A program made the position numbers and the translations under genes. DNA of 62,581 nucleotides, counting the filler, from Atractiella rhizophila (lineage: Eukaryota), in NCBI GenBank assembly GCA_021432655.1. It is 29 parts of 29 records of this genome, joined end to end, with 100 filler letters (N's around TTAATTAATTAA, not from the genome) between each part and the next. Parts side by side here need not be neighbours in the genome. Positions count along the whole stretch, not along the records: positions 52,013 to 54,047 come from MU272782.1; positions 54,148 to 56,181 come from MU272783.1; positions 56,282 to 58,315 come from MU272784.1; positions 58,416 to 60,448 come from MU272785.1; positions 60,549 to 62,581 come from MU272786.1; 24 more parts are not named here. One strand, given 5' to 3'. Shown here one piece after another: positions 52,013 to 62,581 of this stretch. How positions within the stretch are numbered: position 1 is the first letter of the stretch; every line of letters starts with the position of its first letter. The notes under the pieces were generated by a model, which saw nothing but the letters and a program-made list of their open reading frames with translations, was not told the origin of the DNA and made no database searches.

Positions 52013-54047
52013 GCGGGCGTTGTGATGAAGTCCGAGTGACCGTCCAACGAATCGATCGAGCGAACTGGAGCGGTGTGGTAATGGACCACATCTAGTGAGG
52101 TTGTTGGTTTCAACGGTGAAATAGTGGACACAGCGGTCATCTCCTTTGTGAGCGGAGGTCGCTGAGGGTTCTCCACCTCTTTCCTCCCATCGGCGTCATC
52201 TTTCTCAGCTTCTTTAGCCGTATTCATCATTTCGTCGTGGATGCCACAGTACAGATCGGCTTCTTCGCGATCGATAGACTTCATGTGTGCCTTGAAGACT
52301 CTTGTAGCTGAGAGCTGCAAGGTAGAGAGTTAGAATTGACGAGGGAGCATGTGATGGCACTTACCTTGAATGCCACGGTGAGGACTAAGGTGGGTATGCA
52401 AGCACCCCCATACCTTCCTAATTTGAGGAAAAACATCAAGGCGACAATAATCAACTGGGCAAAAAACAGTCCGTCCAACGAATATCTCAAAACTCTGACA
52501 TATATCATTTTACCGTTCCCTTCGTACCAGCGCCTATAATAGATTCTCCCAAACTGATCACGGCATCACGGCATAAGTTCATAGGAGGGGGACGATGGGG
52601 AGCACACATACCTGGTTCTTGAAGACAACAACGGCAAACAGAAAGTAAAGGAGAGCAAAGGGGATGACCAGAGGATTGAGGAGTGAGAAAATGAGGACGA
52701 TGCTGACGACAAGTAGGTGGTTCGGAAGCCAATAATAGTAGTTGAACGCTCGTGGTATTGCCTTCTCTGTTCTTCGGCGAGGGGTATCCGCCTTGCGAAC
52801 GACGAGAAACCAATCAATTATACCCAAAATGTTGAGCTGTTCAACAGCTGAATGCAATGCGGCTTGCAGGATGAACCACCCCACGAAGAAGGCAGCTGCG
52901 TTGGGGAAAGCAGACGCGATTGTCTCCACTGGATCGAGTTTAGTTCGAAATGTAAATAAGAACGATTGGATGGCGACGGTCCCGACGCAGAAAGCGATCA
53001 AGATGTTGAAGAAGAGCCATTTCCAGTAGCTGAAGCCAATATCAGAACGCAATATGATTCCTTGTCATGACATACCGACAAAGCACCTTGTAAAACAGCT
53101 TGCTCCTTACAACAATCTTCTGTCCTTTGAGACTGAGAACTCGAATCATCTGAGGGGCCAATAGAGACAGGATGGATGTCAAAAAAATGGGAACGAGAGT
53201 AGAGAGCAGCGATTTAGTCTTGGGGTTAGCATTGAGCCACCGTGCCAGAGCGCCCCAACGATCACTCAATTTCTCGATGGAGACCTGGCTTGTCATCAGA
53301 ATGCAATACAAATCAACCAGGTGGGGACATACCAAAGTGACTATAGCAGTAACAGGAATGATCCAAAAAAGTGTGAAAACCCACATTCCAGCTTCTACGA
53401 TCCCAGCTCTGAGCACATCAGTCCTAAGTGAAACCTTTGCAAGTTTCTCCCAGTCAAGGTCTCTGACATCCGGCGCATATTTAACACGACAATCGAAGAC
53501 GCGTCTTTTAGGGTGTCCATCCAGCTCCTTCTTTGCCCTCCATACCAGCTCGGGTTCACGGAGGGTGACAAAGGCGACACCGGTCGGTTGATGCGCGTCT
53601 GGACGAGAGCGTAGATCGTCTACTATGGCGGTGATGAGGTTCAATTTGGCGGTGGAATAGTCGATCAGAGGGACGGGATCGCCGGCGAAGATATATTTGA
53701 ACTGTGTGAGAGGCTGGTATGGATCAAGCAGGGCTTTCGGTAGATCGGCGAGCGCTTCCCAGATGGTTTTCGATGGCGAAGATGAAGGTGAAGGTGTCAC
53801 GGGGTGAGAAGTGGAAACCTCCTCTTTCTTCTCTTTGACTGGGGTAGACGTAATACGACCGGCATTGTCGCGTTGAGGGATGAAATCCTTTAAAGCAGTA
53901 ACGAGAAGGTCCAGCTGTTCAGTCTTACTCATTCCCCAATATCTCTCGTTTTCTCTCTGATTTCTTTCCTCTTCAGGGGTCATAACCACCTCTTCCTTCC
54001 TCTTTGGCAGTCTTCCCTCTTCATGAACTACGACCGCAGGCTGCTCC
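52013..54047 (-). CDS. OSCA/TMEM63 (Rsn1/DUF221) mechanosensitive channel, internal fragment
   Basis: AFVTL, YAPDVRDLDW, AFPNAAAFFVGW, RAFNYYYWLPNHLLV..LLNPLVIPFALLYF..VFKNQ and RVLRYSLDGL. Confidence 0.9.
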
Positions 54048-54619
54048 NNNNNNNNNNNNNNNNNNNNNNNNNNNNNNNNNNNNNNNNNNNNTTAATTAAT
54101 TAANNNNNNNNNNNNNNNNNNNNNNNNNNNNNNNNNNNNNNNNNNNNGTGTTCCCCTGATCCGGCGATGAAGCAGACCAGCTGTCGAAGAACAAGATTTC
54201 GAAGTAGATGCCTTTAACGCCACCTTTGATTGGATCATCGACGCTGGTGGCTTCAAACCCCTCTGCAGAAAACTTGCCTTTCCATTTCCTTCGTCGCAAT
54301 TGATTCTGTGGGAGCAATATCAAAGAACACACTCAGTGAAGCCCCAGCTATGAATGTCAAAGTTTGGCACCGTTTTAAGCTGCATTCGTGCCACTGTCAT
54401 TTGTGGCTCTAGTTTTCTTTCCCCTTTGCCGTTTCCCTCATTTTGCCGAGTTCCTTAAGGTATAAAAAGCCCATTATAACTTCATTGTAATTCATTCCTT
54501 TCGACCCTTGGAATCAACAATGAATGCATCCTTTCTCGTCAAAAAAATGCATAGTGGCAAGGCTACCGGTAGATGTGCGATGTCACTATGAAGGAATGGA
54601 ACGAGAAGAATTACATACC

Positions 54620-54905
54620 TATCAGTGCGTCTTCGGAACGCCAATCTGCTCTAGCTCACATCGACATACCAGATGCCGGTCGCCACGATCCTTTCATTCC
54701 TCATCCCCTCAACATGCCACTTTCCGCCTTCATACGTCGGTTTCTCTAGTGTCAAGTGAATGCTTGCAATCTTAACAATCACTTTTAAGGTCTTCCCTTT
54801 TAGTGAAACAAAGCGCTGCTTGAAGCTATGGACTCCATGTGGCGGGTATTCGGCGGGAACGTCTGAAGGGATGACCTCGCCTTCTTCAATCGCTTTCTGT
54901 TCCGT
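54620..54905 (-). pseudogene. DUF4246-family (putative 2OG/Fe oxygenase-like) fragment
   Basis: SLKGKTLKVIVKIASIHLTLEKPTYEGGKWHVEGMRNERIVATGIWYVD, then S*SRLAFR. Not in the supplied ORF track. Confidence 0.75.
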
Positions 54906-57029
54906 CTGCCAGAACTGTTTACATTCGATACCCGAGGGGAAGGTGGGCCTACATTCGACGTCCTTCGTCGCTTATTCCGCCTCGATGATGCAAGAGCCCC
55001 AAACTCCCCATCCCCAGATGCGAGGGAATCTTCGCTTTCTAAACGAGGTAGGGGACAGGAGGGAATGAGCAGTGTAGGGTCTGGTGGGGGAGAGACGGCC
55101 AGGGTTCTGATAAAGGAGGAGGGAGGTGTGAAAAAAGTGGAGGGGTGAGAAGAGGAGCATCCTGCGGTCCGTCTGTCGATTGGGGGAGAGAGGGAATCTG
55201 CTTCAGCTTTTCTGGTTGGTATAGACGGGTTGGGATTGGGGTGGGAGGAGTCTCCGATTGCTGAGGAGCTGGGGGGGCATGGATGGCTACAACTGAACCT
55301 GTGCTCTGCCTGGGCTTGGGCGGCGATTTGATCGTTGGCAGGCCATCCACGTCGTCCTCTAGTTCGTCCTTCGACCCTCGAGTGACTGAAGTCTGCAACA
55401 TTTCCAACTAATCCTCAAAGACGAAGACGGTCATCCATGGTCGCGTGGCGCTTCTCTTCCCCATCCAAATAAGCAATAACGTGATATCTCTCGTCCGTTC
55501 CCGCACAGGTGACAGACACAGTCTTCCTCATCAGCATTCCTTGGATATTCAGCCAATATTAGTCAAAATTAGTTGTGATTAGCCAAGTCTTGTATTTACG
55601 CGATTAATCCAAATCAATGCATAGATTATAAAAAGAGAGATCCGTAAAATGTAGGCACGAACATATGTTGAAAGCGAGACCGTGAGTGGTGCCGGCTTTG
55701 GAATCTGTATCAGCGAGAGTGGAAGTACTGATAAGACCTTACTGTCAATTCTAAGCAAGAGCTGGCGGGTAAGGGAAGACAATGTCGAGAGGTACTTGCT
55801 CCAGCCCTTTACCAACCTTGCGCCAGAACTGCAGTGCATGAATACGTATGATGGTCAGTGTCATGTTCTTGGTATTGGACATGAATGGTGTGGAGTACTT
55901 TCCTTCATCGAGTGATGGGCTCGTCTGGCTTCGAGGTCGGTCCTGGGTTCATGTCCTTCAATCCTGGCATTGCCATTCAGCATCTTCTCTATTTCCTCTC
56001 CGCTCTCAGTTCTGAGTCGGCCGGATTGACATATCTGTGGTTGTTTTAGGTCAACAAGGCATCACGTGACTCAATCTGATGAATTCGAGGGAAAAGATGT
56101 GTCTGCCGAAATTTCGACATTCAAAATCAATGTGAGTTACATCCTCTGTCTCTGGCTTTGATCTATGCAGATGTTGATGGGNNNNNNNNNNNNNNNNNNN
56201 NNNNNNNNNNNNNNNNNNNNNNNNNTTAATTAATTAANNNNNNNNNNNNNNNNNNNNNNNNNNNNNNNNNNNNNNNNNNNNCAAAATAATCTGAAATGTG
56301 TGAGAGGGCCGAATGGCTTCTAGTCGTCATGCACGTACCATTGAGCAGAACAGAAACTTTCAAGTAGCTTCTGCATAGGTTCCGCACTGCCTTGCCAAAG
56401 AGATAGGTAGTGAGGTTATAGTAGATGTATAATTAATAACTCAGCAGCACCGATCATCTTCATACTCCGTCGCCCGGACCTTAAGCAGGTTGGGTTAGGA
56501 AGAGAAATCTCATAGAGAATCGATGAAACTTTGAAGAACGCATATCGTAAACAAAGGCTCCTTCTCACTTCATTGGCAAAGGCCTTCTCCTTCATTGAAA
56601 TCACGAGAATTGTTACGACATAGGCATTGTAAGCACGCTTGCGACTTTAATCTGGCAGACCAGAACACAGTTCAAACACCGAGTTCCACCTCATACTTCT
56701 TACTTCTTCTTACCAAAACGTAAGGAACTGCTCACATGTCTCTATCATTCATCTCCCTCTCATCATCCGTCTAACAGTCGGTCCACACTTACTTCATCCC
56801 GTCATAGTGCACTCACCAAGGGGTCGACGTTGTCAACTCTCATCGAAAATAGCGCCTCTTTTGGTCACGTGTTACATCGGTTGGCGCTTGCTTGTTTTGA
56901 TTGCCTTTGGAAGCAGTTTGGAAGGATAGGGAGTGTGGAACGGTTATCATAACTGTAAAGAGGGACGTGCTAAGTGTCCCTTCCTGACGATGCATCACAG
57001 GTATGATCCATCTTTTCTCCTTGGCTTAA

Positions 57030-58315
57030 TTGGCTACTTTTGACGTGGTTTATGGGCTACAGTGGCATTGTGGCATTATTTTGCAAGAAATGACTGATTA
57101 TCAGACATTTACCTCATTCCGACAATCTGAAGACCCAGAATCGCCCGTACTGGTCAACCTCATCACCCTTGCAACATTCAGCACTTCTCTCCAGCTCTCC
57201 ATTCTCCCTTCTTTCATATCTTGCATACCACGGTCAATTCACACGCTCCGGATCTCATTCATCTTACCTATCGGATTTGCAGACTCCGATCCTGCCGCGA
57301 TATCCTCGAAATTATCCTACTTCTCACTGGAATCTCTCCTGAATTCAATCCAAGGTGGAGTCGAAAACGATGGCGTAGCGAATCTTTGCGTTCGTTTCGA
57401 TTGGGAAACAGTTACGGTGAATTTCGGGGAGGATGTAAAGACCGGGACTGCAGTGGTGGATGGTGGCCAGCAACTACCACGGATGGAGCCTTTCACACAT
57501 GTATTTCCTCTCCTTCCGGAACGTCGCCGTCAGGCCATTTTCGCTCCTATAGCCGTATACTCCAGTGAGGAACGGCGCTTCCCCCCAATAAGTGGTGACG
57601 AAGCATCGCTTCCATCACTCCGGCACAGCGCTGCGAACATTATCCAACTGTCGCTCCCGACTTGCACAGGCTCCTCCATCGCATCCCTCCCTGTTGAGCT
57701 CCTCTCTCTCATATTTGATTTCCTGACAACGCGCGAAGTCGACGACTTTCTCTTCGGGTATGACGCGGCTTTTATCGTCTCTCAAGTATGCCAGCTCTGG
57801 AGGGCTCTTTCAGTAGCTTATTTGGACGAGGTCGACTCTGTGAAGGAGAAACATGATCGCCTAAAAGTGCATCCAGCTGCTGGACGTTTCTGGACTGAAC
57901 TGCGGATTGAACAAGACATGAGCGTTGTTATGGTGAAAGAGGTCATCGTGGGTTCGTCAAATGTCACGGAAGCATGGGTGGATGCATTTTGGAATGAGGA
58001 GGAGGCGAAGATTGTGCTGCATGCGATTGAAGGCTTGACAAAGCTGGAGAAATTTACTTTTGGGCATAACGGTTCGAGGAAGTGGAAGAAGGAGGAGGTT
58101 GAAGGGTTCATGAGGAAGATGGCTGAGAGGATTAAACGACTCACCACTTACGCAATCGAGGACACTTCTAACCCCTCGTCTGGACCCTCCCCAACCGCTG
58201 GACTTGAATTACACCATGGATTCACATCCCTCACACTTCAGAAGTACCCGCCTCTCACATCGCTCTCTCTTCCGAGCAGTCTCCTGCACCTAAGTCTCTC
58301 TCATCTGTGTCCCCT
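57030..58315 (+). CDS. F-box / LRR-like protein (3'-truncated)
   Basis: SIASLPVELLSLIFDFL..VSQVCQLWR F-box motif followed by LxxLxL segments, in an ORF of more than 420 codons. The true start is uncertain. Confidence 0.8.
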
Positions 58316-58415
58316 NNNNNNNNNNNNNNNNNNNNNNNNNNNNNNNNNNNNNNNNNNNNTTAATTAATTAANNNNNNNNNNNNNNNNNNNNNNNNNNNNN
58401 NNNNNNNNNNNNNNN

Positions 58416-59857
58416 CATTGCCCTCGAATATGGTTTAGGAAGATAGACGTTTTGGAGAGCTTAACCTTTCTAATCAAGCTCTCGGAGTTAGAGGTTACAG
58501 GGCGTTGTAACTACTCTTGTTTAGGTTGGACGATGGAGGATGTTTCCTGGTTCTTGAGGAACACCAAAGGGAACGAACCTTGGAAGGCACTTGTGCTATT
58601 GGGATTGTCCGATTTTGTTTTTAACAGGAGGCGACGATTTTCAAGCAAATACAACTCTTTGCGTAAGCTTGTTATTCAAGGTTGCGACATTAACCGACCT
58701 AGCTTCATTGAATGCCTGTCAATTGCAGAATTTCAGGGTTTGCAGTTTCTTGAGCTATCATATTGTTGGCCGGTTCCCGCTCCACTTGAAGATGTTGTTT
58801 TTAATGCTCGACATCAAGAAAGTCTGCAGGCTCTGGTCGTCCACTTTTCTTCTTTCCACCCAGATGATCTTGATATTATCCTCTCCAGTCGCCTCCAGCA
58901 AGCAATTCAACTACATAACTTCTCCAGTATCACAGATATCGATCTTGACGGTGGTCACGACAATAGCCATGTCGTCTCCCCAGATTTTTTCCTCGCTATG
59001 AGAAGGGCAGTTTCGCAGAGACGCTTAACATGGCAGAAGGTACAAATCAAATGGTGCTCGATGGATTTCCAAGGCTTCACGGACTTTTTCGATATCATTT
59101 TCGAAACGGACGACCTCTTCGAATTCCGCCTACATCTTTTCTTCGGAGATTGGGAGGAAGAACATCTCCAGGAAGCACAGGCTTATTTTACGCGATTAAC
59201 AGATCATTTCCCTGAGTCTGAGCTCAGAGAACAATTCGAAGGAGTTGAGGAACGGGATTGGCCTTTGGAAACTGTGGAAGACCGAACATGGACATTTGAT
59301 ACCACAATTCTTTTCTATGGTCCGTATTATGATTGTGCCGATGGAGGAGGACTAATGTTTTCCAGCCGAAGCTCTTTATTCGTGGTTCGGTGACGAGGAA
59401 GGAGACTTGAGACTCGAAAGAGGGGATGTCGTTGGCGTTACTGCCGTCAGAGATACTGGCTGGTGGGAGGGTAAGTACATTTGTGTCTGTTATCGCCCCA
59501 TGTTGAAGTATTGTAGGGGTTCGCTGTCGCTTTTCCATGCATGGGGACATCCCAAGTAATTTTGTTAGAAGAATCCAGACGAGGAGCGAAGGTCATCGCG
59601 CGTCGTTTGAGGAACTCATTCTCTTCTATGGTAGCTTCATCATTCTTGTGCGTTGATGTGGATCCTGATTGGAAACAGCACTAGCTTTATATGATTTCAG
59701 CTCGGAGAGGCATGGAGACCTTCGATTCAAAAAGGGAGACATGTTGGCTATTACTGGAACTTACATGAACGAGCAAGATGGCTGGTGGATAGGAAAGAAG
59801 CTGAGTTTTCACGAAAGCGGTTCTATTCCTAGCAACTTTATGCGCCAATTCAGGTGA
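58416..59857 (+). CDS. LRR-like protein with two C-terminal SH3 domains (5'-truncated)
   Basis: LRR-like SLRKLVI, GLQFLEL, SITDIDL. Introns 59320-59365, 59471-59516 and 59631-59678 join SH3-1 (AEALYSWF..GDL..GD..GWWEG..IPSNFV) and SH3-2 (ALYDF..GDLRFKKGD..DGWWIG..IPSNF). Confidence 0.8.
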
Positions 59858-60548
59858 ATCTGCATCCTTTCCCATTAGTATATTTCTTGCGACAATCCAG
59901 CTTGCCAAGTCCTCTGTCGCTTGTCAATAGCAAGCTCCTTTCAAACCCAGACGCAAATGTACAGGAGCGTTCAGGTATTGGTGTGACGGTAAATCAAGAT
60001 CCATATGTTTGTTCAGCGCCACATCACAACGTTTTAGTTGTTGCTTCGGCAGCGTACTCTCCATCGGGTTACATGCTACTACTGTACTCGATGTTTGCTC
60101 AAACCACCTTCTGACTGGCAGCAAAGTGACAAAAAGCTGAAAAAAGGAAGAACAGCTATTAAGGGTTATGAGTGGTGGCCATGAAATGACACCACTTCCA
60201 ACTCATAGCTCCAGCTATCTGCTAATGCCCTTTATCAGCGACATGCAACACTTGGCACTCGCCCACGATCCAGGTGAAGGTATGAGGCTTCGAGCGAAAT
60301 GCGGCCTTGGTGGAATAGACACCTGGCATCGAGTGAGTTTGAGTTTCAACCCCTCTGCTGCCTCAACCACAGCAGGTTTGGAACCTTTTGATCTCATATG
60401 CTTCAGAGAATTCAGACGACGCTTTGGCACTGACCATCAAACTTAGCANNNNNNNNNNNNNNNNNNNNNNNNNNNNNNNNNNNNNNNNNNNNTTAATTAA
60501 TTAANNNNNNNNNNNNNNNNNNNNNNNNNNNNNNNNNNNNNNNNNNNN

Positions 60549-61211
60549 GCTATCAGATGCCAAAAGATATGTGCACACTTACCGCGTCAGGTTCTCTGTG
60601 GGAAGTCGAAACGTCTCGCTCTGCACTTATGCTTAAATATCTCCTCGAGGCCCAACTGGAGAATCCACGCTCACATGTTGACCAAGCCCATAGATATTTG
60701 CATTCTCCTTCAAACTAGTTGCGATTCTCAAATACTGATCTGCAAACACGAGTGGTCCGTCTGTTTTGAACAGTATCTCGTCCGACTCGGTTCGCCTTAC
60801 TTCGAACGAGAATGGCGATTCGGTATACACGAATTTGAGCTGTGGAGTAGTAACTTCTCCTTTAGATGGCCGTGGGAAGACGGTCCCAGGCACTTCGTAG
60901 CGTTCTTGATAAATGTCACGGATTAATACGCGAAGTCTTGTGTCTATGACACGGCACTTTATGAGTATGACTTCGGGAACAGCAATGGGAGTGAGAGAGG
61001 AAAAGAGTGCACCTGTCTCGTATTCTACCTTCAGCGTGAGCTGAGGAATATCGTCTCCGTATACATTACATGGACCAGCAGACGTAAGTTGTCCTGTGAA
61101 TGTGTTTCCATCCTGTGTTATGTTGGCATTATAACCTGGACAGTTTGCGACACCTTGTGCGCTGACTGTGTTGGTGTTGAGCAAGAGAGGTAGAAGCAGA
61201 GGGAGCAGCAT
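60549..61211 (-). CDS. Secreted GH31 alpha-glucosidase N-terminus
   Basis: Signal peptide, CPGY, CNVYGDDIPQLTLKVEYET, RYEVP, PFSFEVRR..LFKT..LVFADQYL..NIYGLGQH. Confidence 0.92.
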
Positions 61212-61597
61212 TTTACGAACTCCTTAGTGGTCTTCCCTCACCCTCAAGCTCCAGCCTATATAGTCCCTGCAGGAGAAGGAGGAAGGGTAACCTCAGCTTC
61301 GTCATGACCGTGGAGTTCATGTGGAATATTCATGCGAAGAGGCAGAATAGTGCGTGCGGGACTCCTTGCAATATTGTTGCCGAGGAGAGGCCAAATGTAA
61401 TCGCGCAAGGAGGAAAGGCGTTGTCTTCAGTGACGAACATTCAATCGTGCGAAAGATACAGTACAAATTTGTTCAGACAACAACCCGAACTTTGTTGTTA
61501 TCCTGAATGTTGTATCAGACTCTACGCTTTAGGTGCAAACATGTCGGACGTAAAGGCGAAGAGGAAATGGAGGCCCATTTTGATGAGAGAGCAATAG

Positions 61598-61645
61598 TAG
61601 ATAGAAGAAACATTAGATAAAAGAAACATTAGATAGACGAAACAT
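61598..61645. repeat. Tandem repeat, 16 bp x3 (imperfect)
   Basis: TAGATAGAAGAAACAT / TAGATAAAAGAAACAT / TAGATAGACGAAACAT. Confidence 0.85.
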
Positions 61646-62050
61646 CCCTCTGCAAGTTTCAGTGCATTTCGACATGGAATATAGCATTTCGCTTCATTAA
61701 CTAGAGTTTCGTAAAGAAGCAGAGCGGTTGTATGGGAAATGAAACGGACGAGGTAACAAAAGGGAGCTACCTATATGGGGAAAAGATAAAATTAATAACA
61801 TAGTTCAGGGCGTGGCCTACAGGTTGAAAAAAAAGACTTCCCACTTTGGATGAAGGAGTAGGTCCATTGCGTTCCATCTTTGGTAATAATGCCCTTGTTT
61901 GGGGAGATTCACTCAGTCATATGAATATCACACCATAGTTCGCCCCATCAACACTAACACGAGGAAGGGAATTACCCAGCAATTATTTCGAGAAGTAGTT
62001 GGACCACCAGCGCACAGAAAAACAAATCAAATGAGCTCGATATTTTACTT

Positions 62051-62138
62051 AGGATCAAAGAAATGTATCGCACGAGTGAAGTCCTCTTTAAGAGGATCAA
62101 AGAAATGTATCGCACGAGTGAAGTCCTCTTTAAGAGGA
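62051..62138. repeat. Perfect tandem duplication, 42 bp x2
   Basis: (AGGATCAAAGAAATGTATCGCACGAGTGAAGTCCTCTTTAAG)2 plus AGGA. Confidence 0.95.
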
Positions 62139-62581
62139 AAGTTCCTCAAGTTGCCTGCTACTTTCTCTCAAGGCACTTTTGTCGAGCAGTGCTGGATCGA
62201 TCCGGACAAATAATACATGGACTGGCTTGGTTTAAACAGTTAAAACCCTTCTTCGCGGTTGCAAGCCATAGTCATTCACCATTCTTCGTGCTATCGTCGC
62301 ATCACAACAGGCATTGAACAGATGCACGCTCACGCGTCATAGGCGTGTTCTCATCCAAGCCTTCAAAATGCGATGCGAATCTTGAACCCGTTCGTGAGCA
62401 CATAATCGCCGCACACATCTAATGGAATTAACAAAGGTGAAGGTAGATGAGCTGCGGACATGATGATAACAATGAAACTCTCTCCCAAACCTCGCGACGT
62501 ACCGGACCTTCTCAGCCCACCGTTCGACACCACGCGTTAATCTCAATCCGGTTGAGGGATATTAGCCTCCAGAACAGAATA

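Noticed and set aside
56282..59857. F-box ORF and LRR-SH3 ORF as one continuous gene
   Set aside because: They are separated by a spacer, and nothing shows the two contigs are adjacent in the genome.
2108..60548. Regularly spaced TTAATTAATTAA motif every ~2.1-2.2 kb, superficially like a repeat array or CRISPR
   Set aside because: Always embedded in N44 padding. It is a six-frame-stop linker joining size-sorted contigs.
62051..62138. 42-bp duplication as an in-frame protein repeat
   Set aside because: The surrounding ORFs are short and unrecognisable; simple tandem duplication or an assembly artefact is more likely.

Overview
This window is not a contiguous locus. It is 29 unrelated ~2.0-2.1 kb contigs, sorted by decreasing length (2107 down to 2033 bp) and joined by an artificial 100-bp spacer (N44-TTAATTAATTAA-N44, stops in all six frames), so neighbourhood across spacers has no biological meaning. 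The DNA is from an intron-rich fungus: short GT-AG introns, microexons, CxC1/KDZ and F-box/LRR families point to a basidiomycete, probably Pucciniomycotina (inference). Recognisable, mostly partial genes: Atg1 kinase, Rictor/Avo3, Atg15 lipase, eIF3e, a complete 9-exon eIF1A, M43 metalloprotease, EI24/Rrt8-family protein, CTP synthase, midasin N-terminus, ABCC transporter, RPS24, delta-8 sphingolipid desaturase, Sec24, OSCA/TMEM63, F-box/LRR proteins and a GH31 alpha-glucosidase. Many transposon relics are present: Tad1-like LINE, CACTA/Tnp2, two Copia fragments, KDZ-CxC1, a complete 1020-bp non-autonomous hAT with TIRs and an 8-bp TSD, and a solo LTR with a 5-bp TSD. The most interesting observations are: (1) three telomeric AGGGTT units sitting exactly where a Copia RT breaks off and joins a PPT plus LTR, a possible telomerase-mediated repair scar; (2) an LRR-like protein fused to two duplicated SH3 domains that share an intron position; (3) direct evidence of CpG-targeted mutation of repeats; (4) a pseudogenised NB-ARC/STAND-TPR NLR; (5) a tRNA-like Pol III A/B-box element. 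All family calls come from motif recognition by eye; no database searches were run.
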